Source: Geosiphon pyriformis uo1 (lineage: Eukaryota; Fungi; Glomeromycota). Taken from it: a DNA stretch of 64,000 nucleotides. The translations under genes and the position numbers were made by a program. Where the stretch lies: assembly GCA_016748015.1 (NCBI GenBank), contig JAAOMT010000675.1:744001-808000 (forward strand), given 5' to 3'. This document shows positions 37,601-50,900 of this stretch, piece after piece. The notes under the pieces are model-generated. The model ran no database searches. It was not told where the DNA came from and saw only the letters and a program-made list of their open reading frames with translations. How positions within the stretch are numbered: position 1 is the stretch's first letter; every line of letters begins with the position of its first letter.

Positions 37601-40600
37601 AGGGTATGTCTTACAATTTGGATGAAATTAGAGACAATTTGAGGGTTTTTATCTTGAAAGATGTTGTTATATATGATTCCAATTTCTAATTTATTTAATA
37701 GAACCAATAAGATAATTGTTGGAGTTGTAAAATATAACTCAAAATCTTTTTATTCTTTTGGAAATATAAATGTTTGGAATTGAAATTTTATGTTTTACAC
37801 AGATTTGTTTATTGAATTCAAAAATTTGTTGAGTAATAATGGGTTTTGAGCAGGTGTAAATTTCGTGATGTTCTTCAAAAAATAAAATGGTAATTGGTTG
37901 GAAAAGTTGAAAAATTTGGTAAAATTTATTCTGTGCATTAAGAGCTATGTTTACTGAAACTGTAAATCGTTCAGTTGAACCAAAATCTTGAGTTTCTTTT
38001 TCACTTTTTCCTAATTGTTATCTGTTGTCAACTGATTGTAAACCTGAAATATTGATTAAGAATAGGTAAATTGCCTAAGCAATTTTTTTAGCATGTTCTA
38101 TTCTAAATAGTTTATCAGTTTTATTTTGTAGCATAATTGTAATGTTTCCAGTATATTTTGCATTTATGACTTTTTTTCTAATACTGATTTTTTTGCTTGC
38201 CAATGATAATCTGGATGCAATTTGAATTATTGCTCCTAGTAGTATTTTAAGAGCAATTTTGAAGTTGATTTTGGTTAAAGCTTTTGGTTAGAGAACCAAA
38301 GTATTTTTTCCTAAGTATTATAAATCATATTCAGCATCTATATTATGGGCTTTTTTTGGCTTAATTCCTTGACCATTATTTTTAAAATATTTGAGTTGTA
38401 GAACTGGTTGACTTTTAGTGAGATAGATTGGTGTTGTTGCAATTTCTTCTTCTGGCTTATGTTCTCTAAATTTGATTTCCTCTTGGTCGTTTTTATTGGG
38501 TAAGGGGATGTTGAGAACATAGCATTCTGAACATTATTTGTTATTACAAGACATAATGCATTTTTCACACAATTGAATGTTTATTTGCTCTAATTATTAA
38601 ATTTAAGCTTCTTGGGTTAGATAAGTGTAACTTACAATTTGGTAATATGTTTCTACTTTATCTTTATAGTTGAATCTAGCTAATTTCATAGTGTATTCAA
38701 TGTATTTAGCTTCTTTTATTTGGCAGACATCTTCTTATATAGCTTTATTGATTAAAGTTATAGTTAAGTCAAAAATCATTTTAGCATTATAAAAATAGTA
38801 ATAGAGTTTATTAAAAGCACTATTGTATGCTGCATTAAAAGATATTTCTTTTCTGACTTTTTTCGAAATTGATAGAACATATTAACAGATTTGGTCACAC
38901 ACTTTTTTTCTCATTGCAACATCAATTTAGTTGTATTTTTCTGGTAACATATCTTTACATATAAGACAAAGAGTGTTGTCCTATTTTCCACTTCATTTGA
39001 GATATCTGAATTGTTCTCTATAGCATGTTTTACAGTAGTAATAGGTATAAGTTTCATATTTCTTTTCTGAAAAGATACATGTTCTTATTAATGAAAGTTT
39101 CTTTTTGTAATCTTTACATCTAAGTAGAATATAAGATAGTTGTTTTTGTGGTTTTGGTGTAAAATATCAAACAATATTCCATCCTTTGGTTTTCTCAAAA
39201 ATTTCTTGTTCTGTTTCTTCAGCCCAATTGAATGTTGGTTCAAAAGCCATGTATGTTTCAGTAATTGGCATTTCTTTCTTTTTTTTAAATTTGTATATTA
39301 GAGCTTTTTTAGATTATTTATTAAAAGTACCATATATAGCAGATACTCAAGTGTATTGTCCTTGGTATGAAATCTTTAGTTCTTGGGTTTTTCAATCTAG
39401 ATTTGCATTGGTTTTAAGAAGCCAATCATTTTTGACAAAAGCTTAATATTGGAGTACATTCATGACTAAAACTTTAACTGGAATGATTATTCCATTGACC
39501 ATAAATGGAAAGTTGTCAATTTCTTCTATTAGAGTTTTCTTTATATTATCAGCTGTAAAAATTACTGTTTGAGCTGGTCTGTCAATATTTTGATTGAGTT
39601 GTTGTATTAATTGATAGGTAATAATACTTCCAGCTAATCCATTGTTTAGAATTAAGCAGATTTGTTTTCTTTTTACTTTAGCTTTAGTATATATAGCAGT
39701 AATTATTTTTTGCTCATTGACTGCTGCATTGCTAAGCAAGAATAGTGATTTATTGGCTTCAAATTCAAATGGAAATATATCTAAAAGGTTAGCATTTTAA
39801 GCAATTTAAGCTGGTAGAATAGTATTGTTGAAAGAGTTTGATCTTGGTACTGTAACTTTACCTTCAGAAAGTACAGTTTGTTGAAAATTTGATTCTTTAG
39901 GCATTGTAAAATAGCTGGGTTGAGTGTGGTAGTGATTGAATCTTTGCTGATCAGAATTTTGAAAAACCAACTGGTTGTTTGGGTTGATTCTGTTGTTATT
40001 ATTCTAAAATTAATTTTGAGATGTGAATTAGTTTTGCTGAACCAATTTTTGGGCAAATACTTGGTATTATTGTGTAGATGGTGGCTAATATTGTTGAATC
40101 TGTAAAGATTGCTGTGATATTGGTTGTAAGACTGGTTGGTAATAGTTGTTTTGATACTGTAATCTTGATAAATGATATGCTGGTGGTAAAAATTGGTAAT
40201 AGAACTGTTGATGTTGGAAATAATGTTGATTATTCCTGTTTTGTTGGTCTCTTTGCATTTTTCTACAATCTTATTTTCAATGTTCTGTAATTTCACAATA
40301 ATAATAGCTTTGTAATTGATTGTTGAATAATAAAGAGTAGTTGTTTTGATTGCATTATTGGAGTGGCTGATATCTTTATGGTTGTTGCTGTTGTTGTTGA
40401 TTGGTAAAATAACTTTCAACTTTCTTTGTAAGTTGGTCCATTTTTTTTTCAGCTGCTCAGCTGGTTTCTTTAATAGCAAGATTCACAAGTTTAATATGAT
40501 TTGCTTCTTTTATTGCCATTTCATAGTTTTTTGCATATCTAATGGCTGTTGTTAAGTCTATTGAGACATGTAGACAAACTTTTTTGATTAGTTTATCTTT

Positions 40601-41711
40601 TAATTTTACAATAAACTGATCCAAAATTTGGGTATTGGAATAGTAGTCATTGGTTTCCAATTGTCAAATTTGTCTAAGAAGTTTATTGAATTTCTCAAGA
40701 TAGAGCATGACAGTTTTGAATGTTTCTTGCTTAATATTGTGAAAGCAATTTTGGAGATGGATAAAGATGTTGTTGTTAGTAAATTGTTGTAGAAAAGCAT
40801 TTTTAAATGCTTGCCAGTTTTTAAAGAGTTCTTCTAAGTTTTCAAACCATTCATTTGCTGTTCTTTAAAGAAAATAGGGAATAGCTTTTAGCATTTTTAC
40901 AGCATTTCATCCATTTGTATTTCCTGCTTTCTGAACTTTGTCAAGTTATTCTTATAGACTGGTGTCATTATTTTCACCAGTAAATTCAAAAATTTTTGTG
41001 ATATATGTAGTTGCTATTTTTTCTTTATATTTGGTTGTTTTTTCTTGTTTTGACTCAGTTTTTTTACTTTTTAAGTTCTCTAAATGATTGCTTTGATTTT
41101 TTTTCAAGTAATCAAGAAGATTAGTGCTGGTTAATATTGGTTCTGGTTGTTAAGTAGAGCTTTTTGGTAAAATGAAATCTTCTGGTCTTGAGAATTAGAT
41201 AAGAAGTGAATTTGGTGTTTGTAATTAAGCAAGTAAAATTGGAAATGATATAATAGAAAATGGTAATTTGATGCTGGTTTCTTGTTTAGGTGTTTGCAAA
41301 TGTTTGGCAGTTGTTTTTGATGTATTATAAATTGTATGGCTTGCTCGAAGTTTTTCCTTCTGTTTTCTGGTTCTAATTCAAAATCAAAAAAGCATTTGGA
41401 CTATACTGGGTATTTTTTTCATAGTACTGAATAATGTTAAAGTTGAATTCTTGAAAGTAGGTGCCAAGTGTTTTACTGTTAAGATCTTTAGTTCCCAATT
41501 GTAAATGATATAATAAATTATTGTAGAGGTTGTTTCTAACTTCCAAAATGTTGTAATTTCCAAAAAAATAATTGTTAATACAGTTTTCAATATATTAATA
41601 TAGTAATTTTTTGAAAGTTTTAATTCTGTTTTAGATGTTGAATTTTTGTTTGCAGTAAGTGTAAATTGACTAATAATACTTTAGAGTTGTTGTGTTTGGT
41701 GTGGTTGCCAC
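34700..41711 (-). pseudogene. gag-pol: gag-pol of C including the Cys-rich domain (~38515-39125) and dUTPase (~37970-38400)
   Basis: Fragments 35480-35869 (IN), 36278-36463 (RH), 39443-39739 (PR) and 40457-40660 (CA) are homologous to B. Confidence 0.93.
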
Positions 41712-41757
41712 TTTAAATTTTGTTGTTGCTGTATTATTTCTATAGAAGAGCACCAAA

Positions 41758-42733
41758 TATTACTAGAGGTTTTTGGTTTCTTTTCTTTAATGTTGTTAAT
41801 GTTTGTTTGCTGTGAATTCACGACTAAAGGAAGTAGTTAGACCTTCAATAACTGGATTTATTTTCAAATTATCTTCTATAATTTGAACTGCTGGGCTTAT
41901 TAGTAAAGTGGCCAATTTTGTGTCAGTTATTTTGTATAGTTATGTTGTAGTAAACATTACTCTTTTCCAGGAATTGCTTATCTGAAAGCTTACTAAAAAT
42001 GTGTAGTTACTTTGCTGTAAAAGTCAACTCTTTTACAGGAATCTCATCTGTAAACTACCCTAATGATTATAATAAAAAAATAAAAAAAAATAAAAAATAT
42101 ATATAAAAGAAATAGAATTCTAACAAGAGAAACGTTTTCTATCCAGGCCTGAAGTTACTAACAAATTACTGAAATTGGTAGCTAATCAATTTCAAAATGT
42201 TAGTTATGTTGAAAGAATTTCAAGTGTAATAATTTAAAGAATTTGGTTTTTGAATATTTAATTTTTATTTGAGATCTGTAAAAAGTAATTTGTTCTAATT
42301 AAGATATCTAAAGTAAGATATTATAGTAAGATACTATGAGAAAATATATTTTTTTAAAGAGAGAAGCTTTTTTTTTATACAACTTGTTATAGTACTAGTC
42401 TTTGAACTTGCACTTTTTTTTTTGCTTTAATTTTGGTGAATTAAAGATATATTTTGGCAAACTACAAGTTATTTCACTGAACTATTGATTATTTCGGCCA
42501 ATTTTCATTAATTTCAGCGAATTTTGACTATATTAAATGGTTCAAGATATTGTGTAATTTGATCATCTTAATTTCTATTGTACAAATTGGATTATTAATT
42601 GAGTAATAATATTTGATAATTTGATTAAATAATAAGTAATAATTGAAATAATAATAATAATATATGCTAATTAATAATAGGAATTATAAGGATAATTTTA
42701 TGCTAATTAATACTTAAAATTTTACTGATAACA
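41758..42733 (-). repeat. 5' LTR of element C
   Basis: Direct repeat of 32892-33848; degenerate PBS adjacent at ~41738-41755. Confidence 0.95.
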
Positions 42734-43309
42734 GTATACAATATTCAAAAAAACAATTCTATTCTGTCTTATTTTCAAGTCTTGTATTTAATATATTAGT
42801 AAGATTATACAAACTACTATTTGCTAAAAGCATATGTTTAATAATGTTGTTAAGATTTTTAATATAAAAAATAGTTTGAGTTCTTATAGTAAATATTTTT
42901 GATGTGAATGCACAGACTTATGCTTGTTGGCTGGAATAAAAAGCTTTCATTAAGTAATTTTTAGCATTAATATATGTTTTAATAAGCTGTAACCAGAAAT
43001 TTTTTTTACATAAATTATTATAACATAGAAAAAAATCATAAACAAAACTTTTATATTGATTATAAAGCTTTAACTTAAAATTTTTTGATAGGTTTTCATT
43101 AATATAAAAAATACAATAAATTTAATAAGTTATTTTGTATACTTGAACAACTGCTGTATCTGTTGCAGGATTAACATTAGTAATAAACACTAATAGTTTT
43201 GTCATTGTTGCTTTTTTTGTGTATTCTAAAATTCATTTATACAATTTAGCAGTTTTATCTAATACAAAAGCTTGTACAATAAAATAAGATCTTGTGTTAT
43301 TATTTATGA
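42734..43309 (-). pseudogene. MULE/FAR1-type transposase relic, middle part
   Basis: Minus strand reads NNNTRSYFIVQAFVLDKTAKLYKxILEYTKKAT..LVFITNVNPATDTAVVQV..IYCIFYINENL..QAxVCAFTSKIFT..NLNNIIK, matching the MULE catalytic core (TDxDxA, CxxH and E-N regions). Confidence 0.88.
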
Positions 43310-44265
43310 TATTACAGATGATTCTTTGGGGTGTCGAGTAAATAACAAACCTGTAACTTGGTGCTCAAGACAATTGGTGATGATGATAATCTGAAGGTAT
43401 TTTATCTGAAGATTTTCCAATTGAGTTCTTTGTATAATGGACAGAAATTCAATGGTAACAGTTTATTAGTAGTTTCCTGAAACCGTAGTTTTGTCAATTG
43501 CTTGTTCAGCTTGATGGTTGATGATTCTCTTGGTATGATATCCTCTGTAAATGTATACCAGTGTTGTTTCCTGACATCAGTTCCTCTGTAAGTCCTCCAA
43601 GAGTAAGTATTGTTTAAGCAAGTTTATTCCTCTGTAAGTCCTCCAAGAGTAAGTATTGTTTAAGTAAGTTTTATTCCTCCATAAGTTTTCCAAGAGTAAT
43701 TCCTTTAATCAAGTTAATAGACAACAAAAAAAATAACAAAAAGATAAAAGAAAATAAATAAAAGATGAAATAAGCCAAGGTGATTTGCAAGTTAGTATCT
43801 TGTTAATAGCTGTGATCAAAAGCTATTGTCCAGTGGGGTTAAGTATGGATTATTATCAACATAAGATGTTGATAATGGAAAGAAGTTTTGTAATATAGAA
43901 TAATTATTTATTGATAATTGTGTTTTAAGGCTAAGGATTCTGTGGTATTAATTTTTTTTTTCTGCTTCTAATGCTACTGCTATATATACATATTTAAGAT
44001 TCCTCAATTCCTTAATTTTTTGCGACAGGAATCCTGGAATTCCTGGAATTCTGTGATTCCTGATGAGAGGAATCCTGCAATTCCTAATAAGAGTAATCCT
44101 AAAATTCTGGAATCCTGTAATTCCTTGTCAGGGAATCCTAAAATTCCTGGAATCCTGCAATTTCTCTGAAAGGAATCTTGAAATTCCACATTTACTATGT
44201 CTACATCTGATTGGCTAATATCTACTGACTAATAATATTATATTTCCTATATTCTATGAGTAACA
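43310..44265 (-). repeat. 3' LTR of element D (956 bp; long GGAAT(T)CC array ~44010-44190, 46-bp repeats ~43583-43700)
   Basis: Direct repeat of 52703-53555 apart from array copy number. Confidence 0.95.
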
Positions 44266-44278
44266 TTATTCTCTTCTT

Positions 44279-44908
44279 TTAATATTGAGTTCCATTGAAA
44301 TCTAATTCCTTTAATTTCCCCTCTTGAATTATTTCTTGAACTTCTTTTTTGAGTATTATTTGTGTTATTTTAGTTTATAGTTCTTCAAATTGGGCGTTGG
44401 TCATTTTTCCCAATTGATTACTTGTAACTGTATCCATTACTGTGTTGAGTAAGATTTCTGGTCAGTCTTAAAATCTCATATATAGCCAATAAATAGCTCG
44501 AGCTTGTGTAGTTAGATTGTTTTTTCCCACAAATTGTTCCAGTTGTCTCAGTATTATTGTGTTGAATAATTGTTTTGTTTTGTCAGTGTACAAATTCTGG
44601 ATATTTATGTGTTGTCCTAAGTAAAAATGACAATAGTTTTTTGGAAATTGTTGTGTCTACCAAGTCCAAGTTTCTCTGGTAAATTTTTGGTGTAGTCTGA
44701 CTATTTGTTGTTTTTTTATGGCCAATTTTACCTTGGTCATAATCTTGTCAACAATATTTTCGAGTTTTCTCTGTACCTTGTGTTGTGATATCTTTGCTGT
44801 ATTTTTGTAATGAATGGTTTGTTGATTGATTGTAATTTCCATCTCCTGGTGTTGGATTAATTGAAAAATTTGTTGGGCCAGTAAATGGATATTGTCTGTA
44901 ATTTCCAT
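44279..44908 (-). pseudogene. Accessory ORF3 of D
   Basis: MEITDNIHLLAQQIFQLI..CHFYLGQHINIQ..ARAIYWLYMRF..QLGKMTNAQFEEL..DFNGTQY*; in frame over 630 nt. Confidence 0.85.
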
Positions 44909-44961
44909 TTTTCTGATTTCTTCTGTCATGTTAACCATGTTCTTATATATTCCTTTGTCGA

Positions 44962-47900
44962 TCAATTGGATGTGTTATTGTTGATAATAATGATTGGTTC
45001 TAGATCTCGTGGAATCTTATCTGGTTGGACTAATATTCTCTGTACTCTTAGTTGTGAAATATTACTGGTGAATGATAATGCTATATGGTGGTATAATGGT
45101 ATGGTTTCAGTTAATTTTCATGTGCTGCTTTGGTCAAGATTTTGTTATTCAATCTTAATTTGTAAGTTCCATTTCCTAAAATTTCTTCTATGTGAAATGA
45201 TCTATCCTATTTGGGATCAAATTTTCCATTCCATTGTTTTTCCACTTTGGTACGATGTAGTAGTACTTTGTCTCCAATCCTAAATTCAACTGGTTTATCT
45301 GATAGTTGGTTATTATGTCTTTTTTTTTGTTTTTTTTGTGACTTTTGTATGTTATCAGCTGTTCTTTGTCATTTGTTTTCTAATGTTTTCATTAAGTCAT
45401 ATGTTTTTCTTAACAATGTGTTTTTGAAATTCTCTTCTGTTATTGGTTCAGTTGGGTATGTGCTGACTTTTATTTCCATTGGTAGTATTGCTGTTCTACC
45501 ATATACTAATTCAAATGATGTTACTTGTATAGCATTTTGCTTTATTATCTGATAAGCAAATAGTACTGATGGTATCAACAAATCCCAATCATTCTGGTTT
45601 TCTTGGCTGAGCTTAGTTATTGCCTCACACAATGTTTTGTTGAATCTTTTGACTAATCCATTGGTTTGTGGATGGTATGGTAATGATAGTGGTCTCTTAA
45701 TTCCGAATTTTTGACTCAATTCTGTTAATGTTCTGTTTACAAAATGAGCTCTTTGGTTTGATAATAATTCTTTTGGACATCTATGTTAACATATTAAATC
45801 CTGATGAACGAATTTGGCAATGGATTCTGCATCCACTCTTTGAATTGCTTTTGCTTCTGGCTATTTAGTGAGATAGTCCATGGCTACTGCTATGTATCTG
45901 TTTTTTCTGCTGGTGATTGTTAATGGTCTGACTAAATTAATTCCAATACAGTCAAATGGTTGTTCCACTTTGATTGGTCTTAATAGTTCACTGGGTCTTG
46001 TTCCTCCTCTTAGCTGACAAGCATCACAATTTTGAACATATTGGATGATGTCTGGATACATTGATGGCCAATAGTATCTTTTTCTGGTTTTTTCTATGGT
46101 TGTTTTTTTGTGAAAATGTCTTGCTGTTAGATTTAAGTGCATGTTGAATAATATTGTCTCTTTTTCTGGCTCTGTAATTACTCTGGTTGATTGATCTAAA
46201 TCTCTTCTATCTTTCCAATAAAGTATATTTTGGTAAGTGATAAAATATTTTGATTGTTGTTTGATACTTTTTCGTTATGTTTGAGATAAATTCTCCTTGA
46301 ACTGTTGAGTGTTTATATATTGTTGAAGTTGTTGATATTTTTGTATGTTCATCTTTTGTTATATTTTTTTGTTGGTATTGTTCTGGTTTTGTTATATTTT
46401 TGGGTTTGAAATGTTCTTAGATTTGTTTTATTCATGACAAACCATCAGCATTTCTGTTGTCTTTTTTTTTCTTATAGTGTATAGTATAAGTATATTATGA
46501 AAGTACCATTTTTTATCTGGATTGGCAGCCATCATCATATTCTTGCTTTTGAAGTGATGTTAATCCTTTATAATCTGTGTATATATCAAACTTTTGGCTC
46601 AAGTATTTGTTTCACTTCATGACTGCTCAATAGATTGCTAAGTGTTTTTGTTCTGGTGTTTCATAGTTCTTTTCAGCTGGTATTAGACTTCAGCTGGCAT
46701 ATGCTATTGGATGTTCTCTGCCGTCCAGTCCTCTCTGAGATAGTACTGCTCCCAATGCTTGGCCAGATGCATCAGTGATGATAATGAATGGTTTGCTGTG
46801 ATCTGGATAGATCAGTACTGGAACTTGAATAAGCTTTCTTTTTAGAATATCAAAAGCTTCTTGTTGACTTTCTGTCTATTCATATTTTGTATTCTTGGTT
46901 TGCAGTTGGTTGAGTGGCTGCACTATCTTGGAAAAGTTCTTGATAAAACATTAATAGTAGCTGGCAAATCCCAAGAATGATTTCAGTTCTGTCATATTAG
47001 TCAACACTAAAAAGTTCTTTACTATCTCTATTTTCTTTGGATCTGTTTTGATGCCATTTTTGCTGACTATGTGTTCCAAGAATTTTAGTTCTGTCTTGCT
47101 GAAGAAGCACTTTGTTGCATTTAACTTTAGTCCTGTTCTTCTTAGTCTTTTGAACACTTGTTGAAGATGATGAAGATGATCATTAAATGTTTTTGAGAAC
47201 ACATTAGTGTCGTCCAAGTATACAACTACTGATTTCCACAATAAGCCAGTATAAACAATTTCCATTAGCCATTGGAAAGTTGCTGGGGCATTGGTTAAGC
47301 TGAATGGTATTACTTTAAATTCAAAATTCCCTTCCCTTGTGGTAAATGCTGTTTTCTTTTTGTTAGCTGGATCCATGGCTACTTGCCAGTAATCACTGTT
47401 CAGGTCTAATGTTGAAAACCATTTGTTTTCACCGAAAGCATTAAATAATTCTTGGATCCATGAAGTGGGGTAGCTATCTTCATAAGTTACTTCATTGAGT
47501 TTTCTATAATCTACACAAAAGCAAATTTTCTTATTCTTTTTTTGGATGAGTACCACTGGTAATAACCATAGGCTCATTGATGGTTGAATTAGCTCATTGT
47601 CAAGCATTCAGTTTATCTCTTGACAAATAATCTCGTGGCTAGCTGGTGGTACTTTGTATGCTCTTTGTTTAATTGGCATTGCATCTTCAGTCTTGATCTA
47701 ATGCTGAATGATGTCAGTTTGGCCAAACTTGTTTTCGCTGGCAAAAATGTCATTAAAATTGTTGAGCAACATCTTGAACTGCATACGTTGGAGTGGATCT
47801 AATTTTCCCATGTTTATTTGTTCCAATTGCTCTAGTTGGAGCAAATAACATTCACTTTGTCTATATATTGTTTGTAATGTAATATCAACATATCCACAAA

Positions 47901-50900
47901 GCTATAAAAAGTCTGAAATGGTGCTTAGTAGTTGATTCTCTATTTCTGTAGTCAAATATTCAATGATGGTTCCTTCCAGTATATTGACAACATTTTTGGT
48001 GTTGTTGTAAATGAGAATTTTGATGTGGCTATAGTTCTTGGCTGGTATGTGGAGATTGATAAGTCCAATTTCTCCTAATTTACAAAGACTTGCTTTTGCT
48101 TCAAAAATTTGTGCTTGGTTCTTCACTTCCCTCTCTATTGTTACCATGTACTGGTCATATGATGAAATAGAAATTGCTTGACTGGTTGAGATAATTTCTT
48201 CTTGGCCAACAATTTTTTCTTCTGCCATATTGACTGGCACATCTATTCTACCCATTAATCCGAATCTCTATATTCCTTTCGCTGTCATTTCTAATTTCTC
48301 TCTGTTTCCTACTGATACTAACTGAGCTACTCTAACCAGAGGCAGGAATATTGCCTGTGCTATTTTTTTATTTGGCTCTATAATATAGGCCCTTTCAGAA
48401 TCATTTTGTAGCATGGCAATGATATTTCCTACATATTCTGTGTCAATTATTTCTCCTCTTATATTTATCCCTTTTTTCACTAGATTACTCCTAGATGCTA
48501 ATTGAACCATTGTTGTTGCTGGAATTTCCAGTGCTATTTTCAAATCAATGCAGGTGCATGAATGTGGCTCCAATTTGATGGCATCTTTTCCTGAATATCT
48601 CAGATCAAACCTGACATCAGTATCATGCATGTGTTCTAGCATAATACCTTCATTATTATCACTAAACCATTTAAGTTCCTGTTTCTTAGTAAGGTCAGGA
48701 AGCACAATATATTGTTTATAGTTTGAATTGGAGTTTAAATCTGAGTTGGAATCATTGTCATTGCTCTTGCCATATTGAACAGAGCTGGAACCAGTGTTTT
48801 TATTGTTGTCATTATCGGAGTTTGAATTGGAATTAAAATTTGATTCCAATTTTGATGTACAGCTGCTGATTGGTTCCTCTTCCTCTGGGATTGTGTAGAT
48901 CATGCATGGTGGTAGATTGTAGATGAGGTCACATTTATTACAATACTAAAAGTCACATGGGATTAAGCAATGTTGACATAATTGAGTGTTCAACTGCTCT
49001 AAACATTGCTCTTGTTCTTCTCTAGTAGGTGCCAAATGCTGGTAATGTTTATAGAATTCTTCAGGGTTGTTCTTAATGTTGCCAAAGATGTCAAAAGTTT
49101 GAATGTATTCGGGTTTGGGAAGTAATAGAAGATTATTTTTTATCTCTAGTAGTTTGCTGGTTGTTGTGCCTTCTGCTTTTGCATATGCCATTCTCCATAG
49201 TTCATCTTCATTGTGGGGATATCCTTCCAATCGTTACAATGCTTGTTTCCAAGTGTCATCAATTGGTGTTCTTTTGCTTACCCAATTGTTTATTAGTATA
49301 GTGTATTAACATGTCTCGTCACATGTTCTTCCATGCCCAGGAATGTTACTCCACATTCCTTCATCTAGTAGAATAGTTCTATATGCGAGACATGGTTGGT
49401 TATTCCACTTTTTTTGTCATTTTGGTCATCCAAAATGCTCTATGATGCATGGGCAGCAGTAAAATCTTGTGGCCATAGAGTATTCCTTGTCGTCGCCACA
49501 GCATGCGCCCATTAATGACAATTTCTTGCTGTAATTAACGCATTCCAATTTTGGTTGATAATAATTGGTTGGTAGTAATGAAGTGTATGTGTCTGAACTA
49601 TAAATGCTGCTGGTAAGAGTGGTTCCTTTTTTTTTCTCCTTTCTCTTTCCCTTATCAGTTTCTTCCCACTTCCAGTTGGCTGGTTTGTCTTGGTCATTAT
49701 CAGTTTTCCAGATAAGTTCTTTGTTTTCCTTCTCTTTTCCCTTATCGTCCCAAAAAAGTATCAGTGATAGCTCATTGTGGTCTTTGTCGGCCCATAAGAC
49801 TTGGTAGGCTTCCCAGGTCAGTTTCCTTGTTTCTTTCTCAAACTTGATGAGCAGTTGGGCATTGCTTGGCTTAAAGTGGCCACAAGTGCTTGGTGTTTGA
49901 GTATGCTGACCACCAAAGGTTAATTGTAGTTCTTGGGTGGTTCAATCAAGGGTAGCATGGGTTTTTGACAACCAATCATTGCCCACTAGAGCCTGGTATT
50001 GTGTGGCTTCTATTACAAGGACTTTGATGGGTACCATGATGCCATTAATTTTGATAGATAGGTTGTTTATTTTGCCTATTGGAGTTTTGGTCACTCCATT
50101 AGCTGTAATGATTCTTGCATTGGCAGCTCGGTCAACTTGGTGACCTAATTGATCCATGAGTTGTCTTGTTATAATGCTGCCAGCTGATCCACTATCTAAA
50201 ATCAGTTTGATGGCATGGTCATCAATTTTGGCATCTATATACATGGTAGTGATTGGCTTCTCTTCCAGAGCTGCTCTACTGAATAACAGAATTTCGATCA
50301 TTTCTTCTAAGTCAAAGAAAAAGATGGCCACAAGCAATTCATCATTGGTGACAGTTGCTGGTGGAATGTTGTTGGTAAGTGCTTGTTGTTGGTTGGATCC
50401 CAAATTGTTGGTGGTGGCATTTTCTGGGGTAACCAGGAGACTTAAATAGTTCTGAGAATTTGGGTTTTGGATGGCACTGGTATCTGAATTCCAAGAACAT
50501 GATTCTGATGGTGAGTTGGAAGAACTGAGGATCAGTTGGTGAACAACCATTGCCAATCTCCAGTTTTGTGTAATTCTAGGTCTGAGGTGGCTTGATGTCG
50601 TATTAACTGAATTCCGGAGTAGTGTTTGAATTGATTGAGGTTGATAGATTACTTGTGACTGCAGTTAATATATTATGGGTGGCTGCAGTTGATATATTGT
50701 TGGTGGCTGCAGTTGATAAACTGGAGTCTGATATATTGGTGCATGATAAATTGGCTACTGTGTCATTGGCAGGTAAGTGTTTTGCTATTGTTTCTGATTT
50801 TGCTAATATCTCAGAGTTTGAAATTGGTGATTGGGGTTTCTGTATTGATTTCCCAATCGCTGGTGGTTATAAGTGTTGCAGTTTGCTTTGATGTGCCCTT

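Larger units (their letters stand above)
32892..42733 (-). mobile_element. Full-length, heavily mutated Ty3/Gypsy element C (family 2)
   Basis: LTRs 32892-33848 and 41758-42733; perfect 4-bp TSD GTAT (32888-32891 and 42734-42737); collinear with B. Confidence 0.97.

Noticed and set aside
44004-44189. ORFs over the LTR arrays (44004-44189, 55408-55686), and the arrays as CRISPR-like repeats
   Set aside because: Simple tandem repeats with no unique spacers and no cas genes; eukaryotic LTR context.
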